Source: a virus (taxonomy: Duplodnaviria > Caudoviricetes). Taken from it: a stretch of DNA of 38,741 bases. The notes beneath the pieces were generated by a model that worked only from the letters and a program-made list of their open reading frames with translations, made no database searches and was not told the origin of the DNA. Below, one piece after another: positions 28,447 through 37,475 of the stretch. A program made the translations under genes and the position numbers. Location: the IMG/VR virus record IMGVR_UViG_3300024996_000135, positions 1 to 38,741 of that record. One strand, 5' to 3'. Within the stretch, counting starts at the first letter, position 1, and each line of letters starts with the position of its first letter.

Positions 28447-29271
28447 ATGGCTAGAACAATTAAAGAAATTCATGCGGAGCTTTTGCAAAAGGTTGCAGAT
28501 GATGCTGTATTAACAACTGTACTATATAGCAGCAGCCAAACGGCAATTTATCGGTTGTACTTATACATTGTTGCATTTTGTGCTTGGTCAACTGAAACCA
28601 TTTATGATCTGGCAAAAGTAGAAATCAACGAAACGATTAGCGCCATGAAGCCGCACAGTTTACGGTGGTACGCAGAGCGGGCAAAAATGTTTCAATTTGG
28701 CTTCGACCTGGTGGATGAAGCAGATTATTATGACAATACCGATATACCGGAAGATACTGTGAATGAAAGCAAGATAGTAAGCTATGCAGCAGTTGTGGAA
28801 CAAAGCAGAGGGATACGAATAAAAGTAGCGAAGACGGTTGGTGCTGATTTAGGTCCATTAAGCACTCCGGAAGTAGATGCTTTTACCCGCTATATAAAAG
28901 AAATAAAAGATGCAGGAGTAAAGGCTCTGATCACCAGCGGCCCAGCCGATAATTTAAAACTGCAGCTTGTTATAGTTTACGATCCGCTGGTATTGGATGG
29001 TACCGGCGCCCGGTTAGACGGCAGTAATTCTATGCCCGTTAAAACAGCCATTAAAGAACATTTAAAGAACCTCCCATTCAATGGCGTTTTTTCCGTTCAA
29101 AAACTGGTAGATGCAATTCAGCTTGTAGATGGTGTAGATGATCTGCAATTGCAAACAGTGCAAACTAAATACGGCCTGCTGCCCTTTACGAGCTGTGGCA
29201 TCAGTGTAATACCTGATGCGGGTTATTTAAGAATTGATGATGCCGACTTAACAATAACATATCAAACCTAA
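28447..29271 (+). CDS. baseplate J-like protein
   Basis: PHSLRWY...AKMFQFG, IKDAGV and L.FNG.F motifs. Confidence 0.7.
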   Translation: MARTIKEIHAELLQKVADDAVLTTVLYSSSQTAIYRLYLYIVAFCAWSTETIYDLAKVEINETISAMKPHSLRWYAERAKMFQFGFDLVDEADYYDNTDIPEDTVNESKIVSYAAVVEQSRGIRIKVAKTVGADLGPLSTPEVDAFTRYIKEIKDAGVKALITSGPADNLKLQLVIVYDPLVLDGTGARLDGSNSMPVKTAIKEHLKNLPFNGVFSVQKLVDAIQLVDGVDDLQLQTVQTKYGLLPFTSCGISVIPDAGYLRIDDADLTITYQT

Positions 29272-29759
29272 TGAACCCAAATATTTTCAATATTAACTGG
29301 AATGTAATAGCAACCTGGTTTGTACCAAAGAAAATAAGAAAACCATTCTTGCTTAGTTGGGTATGGGTATTGGTTTACCCTTTTTCCACATTGCATCAGC
29401 AGTTTTTATTGTTTCGCAAAGCAAAGCTTTATCATCTAATGATCACTAGCCAAAAATGCTGGTTAGAAAGATTACTTAACGACCGATACGACAGCACTGA
29501 GCGCCGTATTTACATTGATGACCTGCCCGATACGCCGCCAGTTTACATTTTTCGCAGAGATGAAAACAAACCATTGGCATTATATCGAAGAAGCGAAAAC
29601 AGGCCGGTGTATTTATATACTAGAAACGAGACGGAGCAGGACACAGACTACTTTATTGTATGGGTGCCGGTTTCACTTGTTTTTAATAAGCCAGAAATGA
29701 CCAGCCTTGTTAAGATATACAAATTGGTGGGAACAAAATTTATAATACAGACTTACTAA
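29271..29759 (+). CDS. baseplate wedge / tail I-like protein
   Basis: SQKCWLERLLNDRYD...RRIYI; follows the J-like gene. Confidence 0.65.
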   Translation: MNPNIFNINWNVIATWFVPKKIRKPFLLSWVWVLVYPFSTLHQQFLLFRKAKLYHLMITSQKCWLERLLNDRYDSTERRIYIDDLPDTPPVYIFRRDENKPLALYRRSENRPVYLYTRNETEQDTDYFIVWVPVSLVFNKPEMTSLVKIYKLVGTKFIIQTY

Positions 29760-29760
29760 G

Positions 29761-30552
29761 ATGAATAAAAAAATTGACTTCACGAATTTAGGTGGATACC
29801 CACTAGATCAGGATAGCCTGGCATTTATGCAAGATAGTTACCGAGGCGCATTGGGTGCGTTGGCTCGTTTATGTGGTGACAAAACAATATTGCATGGTGT
29901 GGAAGTAGCAGCTGGTAATGTAAGCGATGGATGGATTGCTTACAACGGCGAGCTGATGCCATTTGTTGGCGGCAGCTTAGGCGCACAGGTTGTAATTGCA
30001 GAAACCGTTGTTCCCTTGATTTTTGAAGACAATGCGCAGCATGATGTAGAATTTACAAAGTATGCTACCTGCGGTGCATTGGGAGCTTTCTTGTTTTCAG
30101 AATTAAAAGCTTTAGCACCACTCAGCCAGATTTGGGTGAAAGGTGATATAAAAGAAATTGACTGCGATGCGGCATATATCGCTGCCAATTTTGATGGCTC
30201 CGGCCTGGGCATTAATGAGCGGGCTGGATGGGCAATTTGTAACGGAAATAATGGTACAAAAAATAGGCAAGGCCGTGTAAGTGCGGCAATGGATGCAGCT
30301 CAGGTAGAATTTAATTTGATGGGAAAAACAGGTGGAGCAAAAACACACACTTTATCAGTTAACGAACTGCCCAGCCATCGCCATGATTATAAACATGGTG
30401 GTGTTGGCGGCGTGGACAGTAATCCAGCCGGTGGAGGGTACGGAGTGAACAACCCAACTCAATACACTCATCAAACAGAATATGCCGGTGGCGGGCTAGC
30501 ACACAATAATCTGCAGCCATATATAGTAACGCTTGTAATTCAAAAATTATAA
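29761..30552 (+). CDS. tail fibre / tail-collar domain protein
   Basis: GWAICNGNNGT, GGAKTHTLSVNELPSH.H and HNNLQPY motifs. Confidence 0.8.
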   Translation: MNKKIDFTNLGGYPLDQDSLAFMQDSYRGALGALARLCGDKTILHGVEVAAGNVSDGWIAYNGELMPFVGGSLGAQVVIAETVVPLIFEDNAQHDVEFTKYATCGALGAFLFSELKALAPLSQIWVKGDIKEIDCDAAYIAANFDGSGLGINERAGWAICNGNNGTKNRQGRVSAAMDAAQVEFNLMGKTGGAKTHTLSVNELPSHRHDYKHGGVGGVDSNPAGGGYGVNNPTQYTHQTEYAGGGLAHNNLQPYIVTLVIQKL

Positions 30553-30562
30553 AAAAGAAGAG

Positions 30563-31003
30563 ATGTTTATAGATGACGTAAAACCATGGTTTGAAACCGG
30601 CGACTATCCAACGCAGGCGCAGTTTTACTCTTTCTTTAGCAAACTACGCTGGAAAGATGAACCCCTGGCCATTGGCGATATTTCCGGATTAACTCAAATA
30701 CTTAATGAGTTGAGCCAGCCCATTGAAACATTTACCACCAGTGCTGCGGTTGATTTTGAATATTCATTGCCCGTTAATTTTTTACTAAGCGATATAATAA
30801 TTAAGGCGCCTACTACTTGCGTTGTAGCTGTTACTGCCTCCACAATTGCCGGTGAAGAATTTAGTATTGCCGACTTAGATGTAGATGCAGATAAGGGTGC
30901 GCTGGTGGAAGTTGGCATTTTGTCTTATGTGGCTCATCAAATTAAAATTACCGGGTTACCAGCCGGAACTTCAATTAAAATCATTAAAAAAAGAATAGCA
31001 TGA
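30563..31003 (+). CDS. tail-fibre-associated protein
   Basis: N-terminal WFETGD.PTQAQF...W.KDE...I.GL motif typical of Bacteroidetes phage fibre anchors. Confidence 0.55.
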   Translation: MFIDDVKPWFETGDYPTQAQFYSFFSKLRWKDEPLAIGDISGLTQILNELSQPIETFTTSAAVDFEYSLPVNFLLSDIIIKAPTTCVVAVTASTIAGEEFSIADLDVDADKGALVEVGILSYVAHQIKITGLPAGTSIKIIKKRIA

Positions 31004-33201
31004 TGAAAAGTTTTTTTACAGCCCTATTAATATTTGCAAGCAGTATGGCCATGTGCCAACGAAGTATCAGCACTGATCGTTTGCAGGTAAATAAAATATT
31101 TGGCATCGGGAATAATAAAGTGACTGGTATTAGTAATGATACCACACTATCAAGTGCAACGGTGCTGCCTACAGCATTAACTATACGAGAGTTTGTAATT
31201 GGCCGCCTGGCAAACTTACCGGTTAGCGGCGGTGGCGACGTTCCAAACTTTACAGCCAGTAGTGGATTAGTGCGGCAAGGCAACAATTTTAAACTCCAGG
31301 ACACATTGAACGGCCCGGGTAGTAAATTAATATGGATGCCAGCAAAAGGTGCATTCAGAGCAGGCATGGCACAGGGTAACGAGTGGGATGAGCCTAGCAT
31401 CGGAATAGCCAGTGTAGGGCTTGGCTTAGGGAATAGAGCCAGTGGTAGTAATGCGATAGCTATTGGCCCATTTGCATCTGCACTTGCTTATAATTCTACA
31501 GCTATTGGCCCATTTGCTGTAACAATGGGCGCACACAGTATTGCACTTAGCGCCTTTTCTGCAACAACAATTGGTGGCTTCACTACGGCCATTGGTTTTG
31601 ACACAAAAGCAGTGGGCGACACAAGTATTGTATTAGGATCAATGAGCTATAGTAATGGTCAAAAAAGTATCGCAATCGGCTCTAACCTAAAGGCACAAGG
31701 CTTCGGCTCCGTTGCATTAGGAATGTTTAATGATACGACTTCTGCTGCATCAGCAACTACCATAAATTCATTAAACAGGTTATTGGACATAGGTACTGGC
31801 ACGAGCAGTGCTAATAGGCGAAGTTCTCTTGTTGTTTTAAATAATGGAAAAACCGGGATAGGCACGGTTACTCCTGATAGTTCACTCACATTAGTGGGGG
31901 GATTTAAATATCAGCATCCTTCGGCAGGTAATGGGCGTATATTACAAAGTGATGCGAATGGTGGGGCAACTTGGGCTCCAGCTGATTATTGGAAATTGAT
32001 GGGTAACAGCCTTGTTACCGGAGATGAATTTATAGGCACTAAAAATAATTACCCATTAAAATTCAGGTCGAATGATACAGAAATTGGTAGTTTAAATACT
32101 GATGGGAGTTTCAATTTTGGATATTATTCAAGTTCAACCAACCAGGGAATTTCGTTGGGCAATGGGGCAGTTTCGGACAATAGTATTTCTTTAGGAGCCA
32201 GCAATAACACACTGAGCAATGGTATAGCAGTTGGTACAAGTAATTATGCAGATGGTAGTAATGGACTTGCGCTGTCAATGGGTAAAAATGTTAACACACA
32301 AGAAAATGCAATAGGTATCGGCGAGAATATAACTGTACCAAAGAATACGATAGCAATAGGAACAAATCCAAGTATATCTACAGATGGGAGTGGTAATAAT
32401 ATTGTTATAGGTAATTCAAGTCAATTAAGTACAACTGGAGCCAATAGTTCTTCTATAGTTATGGGTGCAAACTCATTGGTTTATGGAGATAACAACACAG
32501 TTATAGGTTCACAATCATTTGTTTTTGGCAACAATGCCATAGCATTAGGGAATGAAGCTCAAGCAGGTGATAACACTTTTTCAATTTCACCATACATAAC
32601 TCAAATGCGCTTACCTCTTAATGGAGCGATAGATGGAGATGTATTAACTTATGATGGTATGTTAGATGCTGCTATATGGAAACCTGTAACAACAGATACC
32701 AATGAGGTGGTAGGACTTGGTACCTATGTAGCTGACAAAATTGGGAAACGTGTTAGAGATACATTTGCTATTGCAGATAATTCAACTGGTTATTTACAGA
32801 TAGATTCTATAAATGCTCATAAGAGTCAAATCTCTTTTATTGGCAATTTGGATAGTCTGATCAATGCGAAGCTTCCCAAACAAATGATTATTCACATGAG
32901 TAGCGCCCACGGATTAGCAGTTGTATATAATAATACCAATTTAACCGTAGATTCTGTAGTTGTAATTGGAGGCATGACAGAACTCGCTTTTGTTAAAATA
33001 TATTCGGAATCAATTAAAATTAAGACTTATTCGCAATGGTTTGGTTTGCAAATGACTGATAATACCGGTACACCTGATACTCCAAGGTGGCAGATTAGCT
33101 ACGTTGCTCCTAATGATACTGAAGCCCTTTATATGTGGCCATTGCCCGGAAGTAGTTTCCTTACAGATTATGATGTTACAATAACAATTACTATTCCATA
33201 A
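31000..33201 (+). CDS. signal-peptide protein with YadA/Hep-Hag-like beta-roll repeats (adhesin or fibre-like)
   Basis: Sec-like signal MMKSFFTALLIFASSMAMC-Q; two blocks of ~14-aa xAIG repeats. Confidence 0.75.
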   Translation: MMKSFFTALLIFASSMAMCQRSISTDRLQVNKIFGIGNNKVTGISNDTTLSSATVLPTALTIREFVIGRLANLPVSGGGDVPNFTASSGLVRQGNNFKLQDTLNGPGSKLIWMPAKGAFRAGMAQGNEWDEPSIGIASVGLGLGNRASGSNAIAIGPFASALAYNSTAIGPFAVTMGAHSIALSAFSATTIGGFTTAIGFDTKAVGDTSIVLGSMSYSNGQKSIAIGSNLKAQGFGSVALGMFNDTTSAASATTINSLNRLLDIGTGTSSANRRSSLVVLNNGKTGIGTVTPDSSLTLVGGFKYQHPSAGNGRILQSDANGGATWAPADYWKLMGNSLVTGDEFIGTKNNYPLKFRSNDTEIGSLNTDGSFNFGYYSSSTNQGISLGNGAVSDNSISLGASNNTLSNGIAVGTSNYADGSNGLALSMGKNVNTQENAIGIGENITVPKNTIAIGTNPSISTDGSGNNIVIGNSSQLSTTGANSSSIVMGANSLVYGDNNTVIGSQSFVFGNNAIALGNEAQAGDNTFSISPYITQMRLPLNGAIDGDVLTYDGMLDAAIWKPVTTDTNEVVGLGTYVADKIGKRVRDTFAIADNSTGYLQIDSINAHKSQISFIGNLDSLINAKLPKQMIIHMSSAHGLAVVYNNTNLTVDSVVVIGGMTELAFVKIYSESIKIKTYSQWFGLQMTDNTGTPDTPRWQISYVAPNDTEALYMWPLPGSSFLTDYDVTITITIP

Positions 33202-33205
33202 TTCT

Positions 33206-34210
33206 ATGAAAATAATTTTTAGCTACATACTTATATTCTTAAGTTTTTGTTGCCTGGCAAGTGAAGGCGATAGCCTGGGGCGGCAGGTGAAGCATCAATT
33301 TATTACCGATCAATGGGGTCATACTAAGTGGGGGCTGTACCGCATTCCACCAACTGAGGGTGTGCATCCTGTTATTGTATTTTTTCATGGCGCAGGCGAA
33401 GCCGGAAGTACAGAGAATGATTTGAATAAATTAATGGCACATGGCCTGCCCTGGTTGATCTCTACTGGTAATAATTTAAAATTCAATAATCCGGTCAGCG
33501 GCCAGCCAATGGAATTTATATCCATTGCCATACAAAACCCAGGATGGAGTACTGAGCCATCTGATGTATTTTATGTACTTCAGCATGATCCGATCATGGC
33601 GCCACGCATTAAAAGGAATGCAATATTTTTCACCGGCCTTAGTGCGGGCGCAGGTATGATACTGCAGGCTGTAACCACAAGCCCTGAATGGGCTGCACAA
33701 GTGGCAGGCATCGTGCCTATGAGTGCTGCAGGTGCCGGTAACAGCTCCGGTTATGCATATTGGACAGGAAAGCCAACCTGGGCGTTTCATGGCTTGCAAG
33801 ATGCTACTTGCCCATACCAATACACCGAGACATTCATAAATGCATGCGGCGGTAAATGGACACGTTTACCGAGTGGCCATGGCAATTGGAACAGCCTCTA
33901 TGATCCTCAATACAAAGAAAATATTAACGGGCAATTTCTGAATATATACGAATGGATGCTGAGTGTAATTGTAGAACCGGTGTTGAGCTTACCCCCGGTA
34001 AATTCTCCTGGTCCACAAAATGAGTTACAAATAAACGGTACAACAATAAAATTTAAAGCCAACCGATTGGGAGACTATGCTGTTTTTAATATACTGGGGC
34101 AACGGGTATGTGCAGGACGATTGAAGTTAGGCTATAACTACATTGATGTTCGCTCGAACGGGCTATTTATTTTAAAAACTGAATTAAGGACAATAAAAAT
34201 ATTATTATGA
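33206..34210 (+). CDS. secreted alpha/beta hydrolase with T9SS C-terminal-domain-like tail
   Basis: Signal peptide; FFHGAGE, GLSAG (Ser), HGLQD (Asp) and GH (His). C-terminus VFNILGQRV...GLFILK....TIKILL. Confidence 0.8.
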   Translation: MKIIFSYILIFLSFCCLASEGDSLGRQVKHQFITDQWGHTKWGLYRIPPTEGVHPVIVFFHGAGEAGSTENDLNKLMAHGLPWLISTGNNLKFNNPVSGQPMEFISIAIQNPGWSTEPSDVFYVLQHDPIMAPRIKRNAIFFTGLSAGAGMILQAVTTSPEWAAQVAGIVPMSAAGAGNSSGYAYWTGKPTWAFHGLQDATCPYQYTETFINACGGKWTRLPSGHGNWNSLYDPQYKENINGQFLNIYEWMLSVIVEPVLSLPPVNSPGPQNELQINGTTIKFKANRLGDYAVFNILGQRVCAGRLKLGYNYIDVRSNGLFILKTELRTIKILL

Positions 34211-36300
34211 AGATGAAATTGACAGCACTATGCTGCATGATTGGTTTTATGTTAAGTGCGCAAACGCTTATACCAATACGAAAGATTTATAACGCAACCC
34301 AAACGGGAAACGAAAAAGCATTTATAGATGAGCAAGCATTAACAACTCCTGCTAATTCTAATGACTGGTGGGAGAGCCTGAGCATGTTTAATAAAAATAC
34401 TTCGGTTATACTTCAATACAACAGCTACACGGGTGCATACCGAACCAGTGCTTTACCGCCCTCGGGCATTCATTATGAGTTTGAGTTGAATGGCACTTTT
34501 AAAATAAGCAGCGTTCAAATATTTGTGCAACCAAATGGAAATAGTAACGATACACTGCGTATAAAATCAGGATTGCCGTTTAATTTCAATAACCCTATTG
34601 GGCAGATCGTTGACAATGGAACGCTGAGCCAGCAATGGTATAGTTTTTCAAGCAGCGACACAACTCAATGGCTGCAGCTAACCGTTGGCGAGGGTTTTGG
34701 CATCATTAAAGAAATAAAAATTTACGGATATAAATTACAAAACTATATTGAGCAGACAGTTAATTTATCGGCTTCAAAAATGAAGTTTGACAGTGTGGCT
34801 GCCGTGAATATGGTGTTTCAAATGGGGCAAAGCTCAAACGGTACAAATTACGATGAGCATATTGTTGCAGGCGCCAGGCATTTTGCAGCCGCTACTTACA
34901 TAACGCATGCAGATGGTACGCTTATTCATCCATCCGGAACAGCGGGTGAAGTAGAAGAAATGTTCGTTAATAGAATTGTTGGAAGTGGTACCGATTTATA
35001 TTATGCTATGGGTAGCATGGTAAGTGCCGGAATGGTTACTCCCGGTAATAACAGCGGCGGCGATTGGGCCAGTCAAAAGCCGATCAACACAGCATTAGGT
35101 GATAGCGCCAACGGCCAACGATATGGTGGCATTCTTACATTCAATGAGATTGCATCCAATCCGGCCAGCTATGCACAGGCAGCTTGGACGCTGAGAGCTT
35201 TAGCGAAAGCGCATAAGCAATTAGGTCTTAAATACATTGAGCCTGATAACGAGAAAGACGGCTCTTTTAAAGCCGCCGGTTATATGTACCCTGAGCAGCT
35301 GGCCGCCATGATCAGCTGCTATTATGATGGGCATGGAGGGACGGTAACATTTGCTGGAGATAGCGTTGGGGTTGCGGGTACGGGTATAAAATTAGTAAGC
35401 CCTGCATTAGCGTACATAAGCCCTCGGTATATTGAAAGCATGATCCTTTGGTGGAAGTTCAATCGACCAGCAGGGTATAAAAAATTCCCTTTAGACGTGT
35501 TTTCGGTTCATGCTTACCCTGGCACGTTTGAATTACAATTTACTGGCGCCGGTGAAGCTGTAGCGCCGGAGGACACTATTTACAATCTTAAAAGTAAATT
35601 AGATACTGCCAGGTACTATGCCGCAATCATGGGTGTGCCACTTTGGAATACAGAGTCGGGTTTTGATTGTTACCCGGAAGATCAAGTGATCACGTCTGGC
35701 TCGTGTCCATCTGGTACAAAATGGGGAGGTTCATTTATGGCTATTAAAGCATTTGCGGGTAAGACAGAAGAACAGATTCAAGCTGAATGGACGGTACGAA
35801 ATTTATTGCTACATGCCAGCACAGGAACTAAGCTATTCATATACTGGCTGGCGGATCAGTACAAATCGGGTACAACCTGTGGTACTTTCAATAGTGCAGG
35901 CTTGCTTCGTTTTGATACGGTGATCGCCTGGAAGCCGCTCTATATTCCACGCCTGGCATATTACTATACTGAGGCACTAAAGGGCAGCCTTAGCGGCTAT
36001 GTTTTTACAGGAGCCGTTCATAATGGCTCTACCTACCTGCACAAGTATGAATTAGCAACTGACGCAAGTAAGAAGGCCCTGGTGTATTGGCGAGCCACGA
36101 GCAATGGAAGTACAGCAGCTGTAAGGCTACCATTTGCGGCCAGCACATCGTATGAGGTAATTACACTAAATAATACAACAACAGGTAATTCGATCTCCGG
36201 GGCCGGGACCTTAGACTTAATTGCTACGGAAAGCCCTCAGATCATCTTATATAGTGGAGGGTTTGCGGGTGTTGGAAAGAACTATTTTTTAATAAACTAG
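34207..36300 (+). CDS. secreted putative glycoside hydrolase (clan GH-A-like)
   Basis: Signal peptide and N-terminal beta-sandwich; EPDNE (acid/base), DVFSVHAY and WNTESG (nucleophile). Confidence 0.7.
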   Translation: MKMKLTALCCMIGFMLSAQTLIPIRKIYNATQTGNEKAFIDEQALTTPANSNDWWESLSMFNKNTSVILQYNSYTGAYRTSALPPSGIHYEFELNGTFKISSVQIFVQPNGNSNDTLRIKSGLPFNFNNPIGQIVDNGTLSQQWYSFSSSDTTQWLQLTVGEGFGIIKEIKIYGYKLQNYIEQTVNLSASKMKFDSVAAVNMVFQMGQSSNGTNYDEHIVAGARHFAAATYITHADGTLIHPSGTAGEVEEMFVNRIVGSGTDLYYAMGSMVSAGMVTPGNNSGGDWASQKPINTALGDSANGQRYGGILTFNEIASNPASYAQAAWTLRALAKAHKQLGLKYIEPDNEKDGSFKAAGYMYPEQLAAMISCYYDGHGGTVTFAGDSVGVAGTGIKLVSPALAYISPRYIESMILWWKFNRPAGYKKFPLDVFSVHAYPGTFELQFTGAGEAVAPEDTIYNLKSKLDTARYYAAIMGVPLWNTESGFDCYPEDQVITSGSCPSGTKWGGSFMAIKAFAGKTEEQIQAEWTVRNLLLHASTGTKLFIYWLADQYKSGTTCGTFNSAGLLRFDTVIAWKPLYIPRLAYYYTEALKGSLSGYVFTGAVHNGSTYLHKYELATDASKKALVYWRATSNGSTAAVRLPFAASTSYEVITLNNTTTGNSISGAGTLDLIATESPQIILYSGGFAGVGKNYFLIN

Positions 36301-36319
36301 TTTGTTTGGGTTTAAGTAG

Positions 36320-36348
36320 GCCGGGTATATCTATACCTGGTATTTTAT
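36320..36348 (+). terminator. putative terminator of the late operon
   Basis: GCCGGGTAT-atct-ATACCTGGT with G-U pairs, followed by ATTTTAT. Confidence 0.5.
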
Positions 36349-36355
36349 GGAGCGC

Positions 36356-36485
36356 AAAAAAAATGCCTCCGACTTTACTGTAGGCTCTCAACCCTACAAT
36401 AATAAAGGTGCACACACACCAAGCCGAAGGCAATGCCTTTGATGGTGTGTGTGCACCTATTTATTTTGAGAGTAAAACAAATGTA
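36356..36485 (-). ncRNA. candidate structured small RNA divergent from the methyltransferase gene
   Basis: Minus-strand TACATTTG (36485-36478); 11-bp stem that is fully paired only on the minus strand; inner hairpin; 16-nt internal complementarity; U8 tract. Confidence 0.6.
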
Positions 36486-36495
36486 AAGCATAGAA

Positions 36496-37326
36496 ATGAA
36501 AAAAAAGTACAATCAAGCTCCATTGCCATTTATGGGGCAAAAAAGAAAGTTTTTAAACAAGTTTAAAGAGTATTTAATGACCTGCCCTACTGATGCAACT
36601 TATGTTGATCTATTCGGCGGATCAGGTTTGCTGAGTCGTGCAGTTAAGGACACGCATCCGAAAGCCAGAGTTATCTATAACGATTTTGATAATTACAAGC
36701 AGCGAATTGAGGCTATTCCAGCCACTAATCAGCTGTTGATGGATATTCGTTCAATGATAGGAGAAATGCCAAAAGACAAGCGCCTGGATCAAGCGCTTAA
36801 GAATGAAATACTAGATCGTATAAGTAAAGAAACCGGCTTTGTTGATTATATAACCATTAGCAGCAGCCTGCTATTTTCAATGAATTATGCCACTTGCTTC
36901 GAGGATATGGCCAAATCGTCATTTTACAATTGTGTGCGATTGAGCGATTACGATGCCAGTGGGTATCTTGATGGCCTTGAAGTGGTTCGGATGAGTTACC
37001 GGGAGCTGTTTAAGAAATTCGAGAAAAAGCAGAATGTTTTGTTTATTGTTGATCCACCTTACCTGAGTACGGAAGTAGGCACGTATACAGGCTATTGGAA
37101 GCTAGCGGATTACCTTGATGTACTTACTACTTTGAACAGTAAACAGTACTTTTATTTCACTAGTAACAAATCGCATATTTTAGAGCTTTGCGAATGGATG
37201 GGAACTTATACGGATTATAGCAATCCCTTTAAAAATGCAGTAATTTCGACCACAAAGAATACGATGAATTACAATAGCACATATACTGATATAATGGTGT
37301 TTAAAGGCTATACAACTACCGTTTAA
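36496..37326 (+). CDS. D12-class N6-adenine DNA methyltransferase (at the Mu mom position)
   Basis: PLPFMGQKR, DLFGGSG, YNDFD and DPPY motifs. Confidence 0.92.
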   Translation: MKKKYNQAPLPFMGQKRKFLNKFKEYLMTCPTDATYVDLFGGSGLLSRAVKDTHPKARVIYNDFDNYKQRIEAIPATNQLLMDIRSMIGEMPKDKRLDQALKNEILDRISKETGFVDYITISSSLLFSMNYATCFEDMAKSSFYNCVRLSDYDASGYLDGLEVVRMSYRELFKKFEKKQNVLFIVDPPYLSTEVGTYTGYWKLADYLDVLTTLNSKQYFYFTSNKSHILELCEWMGTYTDYSNPFKNAVISTTKNTMNYNSTYTDIMVFKGYTTTV

Positions 37327-37341
37327 TCGCAATAGGGAAAA

Positions 37342-37391
37342 TATCACGTTTGGAATTATTTTGTATCACGGGTGGTTTTTGCGGTTTTATA
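37342..37391 (+). repeat. putative prophage right end with tandem transposase-binding sites
   Basis: TATCACGnnTGGnnTT at 37342 and 37364 (22-bp period), followed by GCGGTTTTATA. Confidence 0.6.
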
Positions 37392-37434
37392 TTGAAAAAG
37401 AAGCCGGCCAGTGCAGAAAAAATATTTTTTTAAA

Positions 37435-37470
37435 CTAAATTTATTAGTATATTTGTGCTAATCAAATTAG
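37435..37470 (+). promoter_or_regulatory. two CTAA-N5-TTAG operators flanking a TATATTTG -7 element
   Basis: CTAAatttaTTAG at 37435-37447, TATATTTG at 37448-37455 and CTAAtcaaaTTAG at 37458-37470. Confidence 0.75.
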
Positions 37471-37475
37471 CCGTT

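Larger units (their letters stand above)
1..37391 (+). mobile_element. Mu-like transposable prophage (contractile tail); left end outside the window
   Basis: DDE transposase and MuB-like ATPase pair, Mu-type portal, MuF, gp36-like and gpG-like genes, and sheath, tube and baseplate genes. Tandem end repeats at 37342-37379 are followed by host-type genes. Confidence 0.93.

Noticed and set aside
21607-30552. Stand-alone contractile injection system or tailocin
   Set aside because: The tail genes are contiguous with intact capsid, portal, terminase and transposase genes, so this is a phage.
29761-36300. Diversity-generating retroelement or Gin-type invertible fibre segment
   Set aside because: No reverse transcriptase or invertase ORF, and no TR/VR pair or flanking inverted repeats were seen.
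36242-36433. 63-aa minus-strand ORF
   Set aside because: It starts inside the RNA stem, crosses a U tract and has no recognisable motif.
36406-36458. CA/TG microsatellite or CRISPR repeat
   Set aside because: The short dinucleotide runs are the two arms of one inverted repeat; there is no repeat-spacer periodicity.
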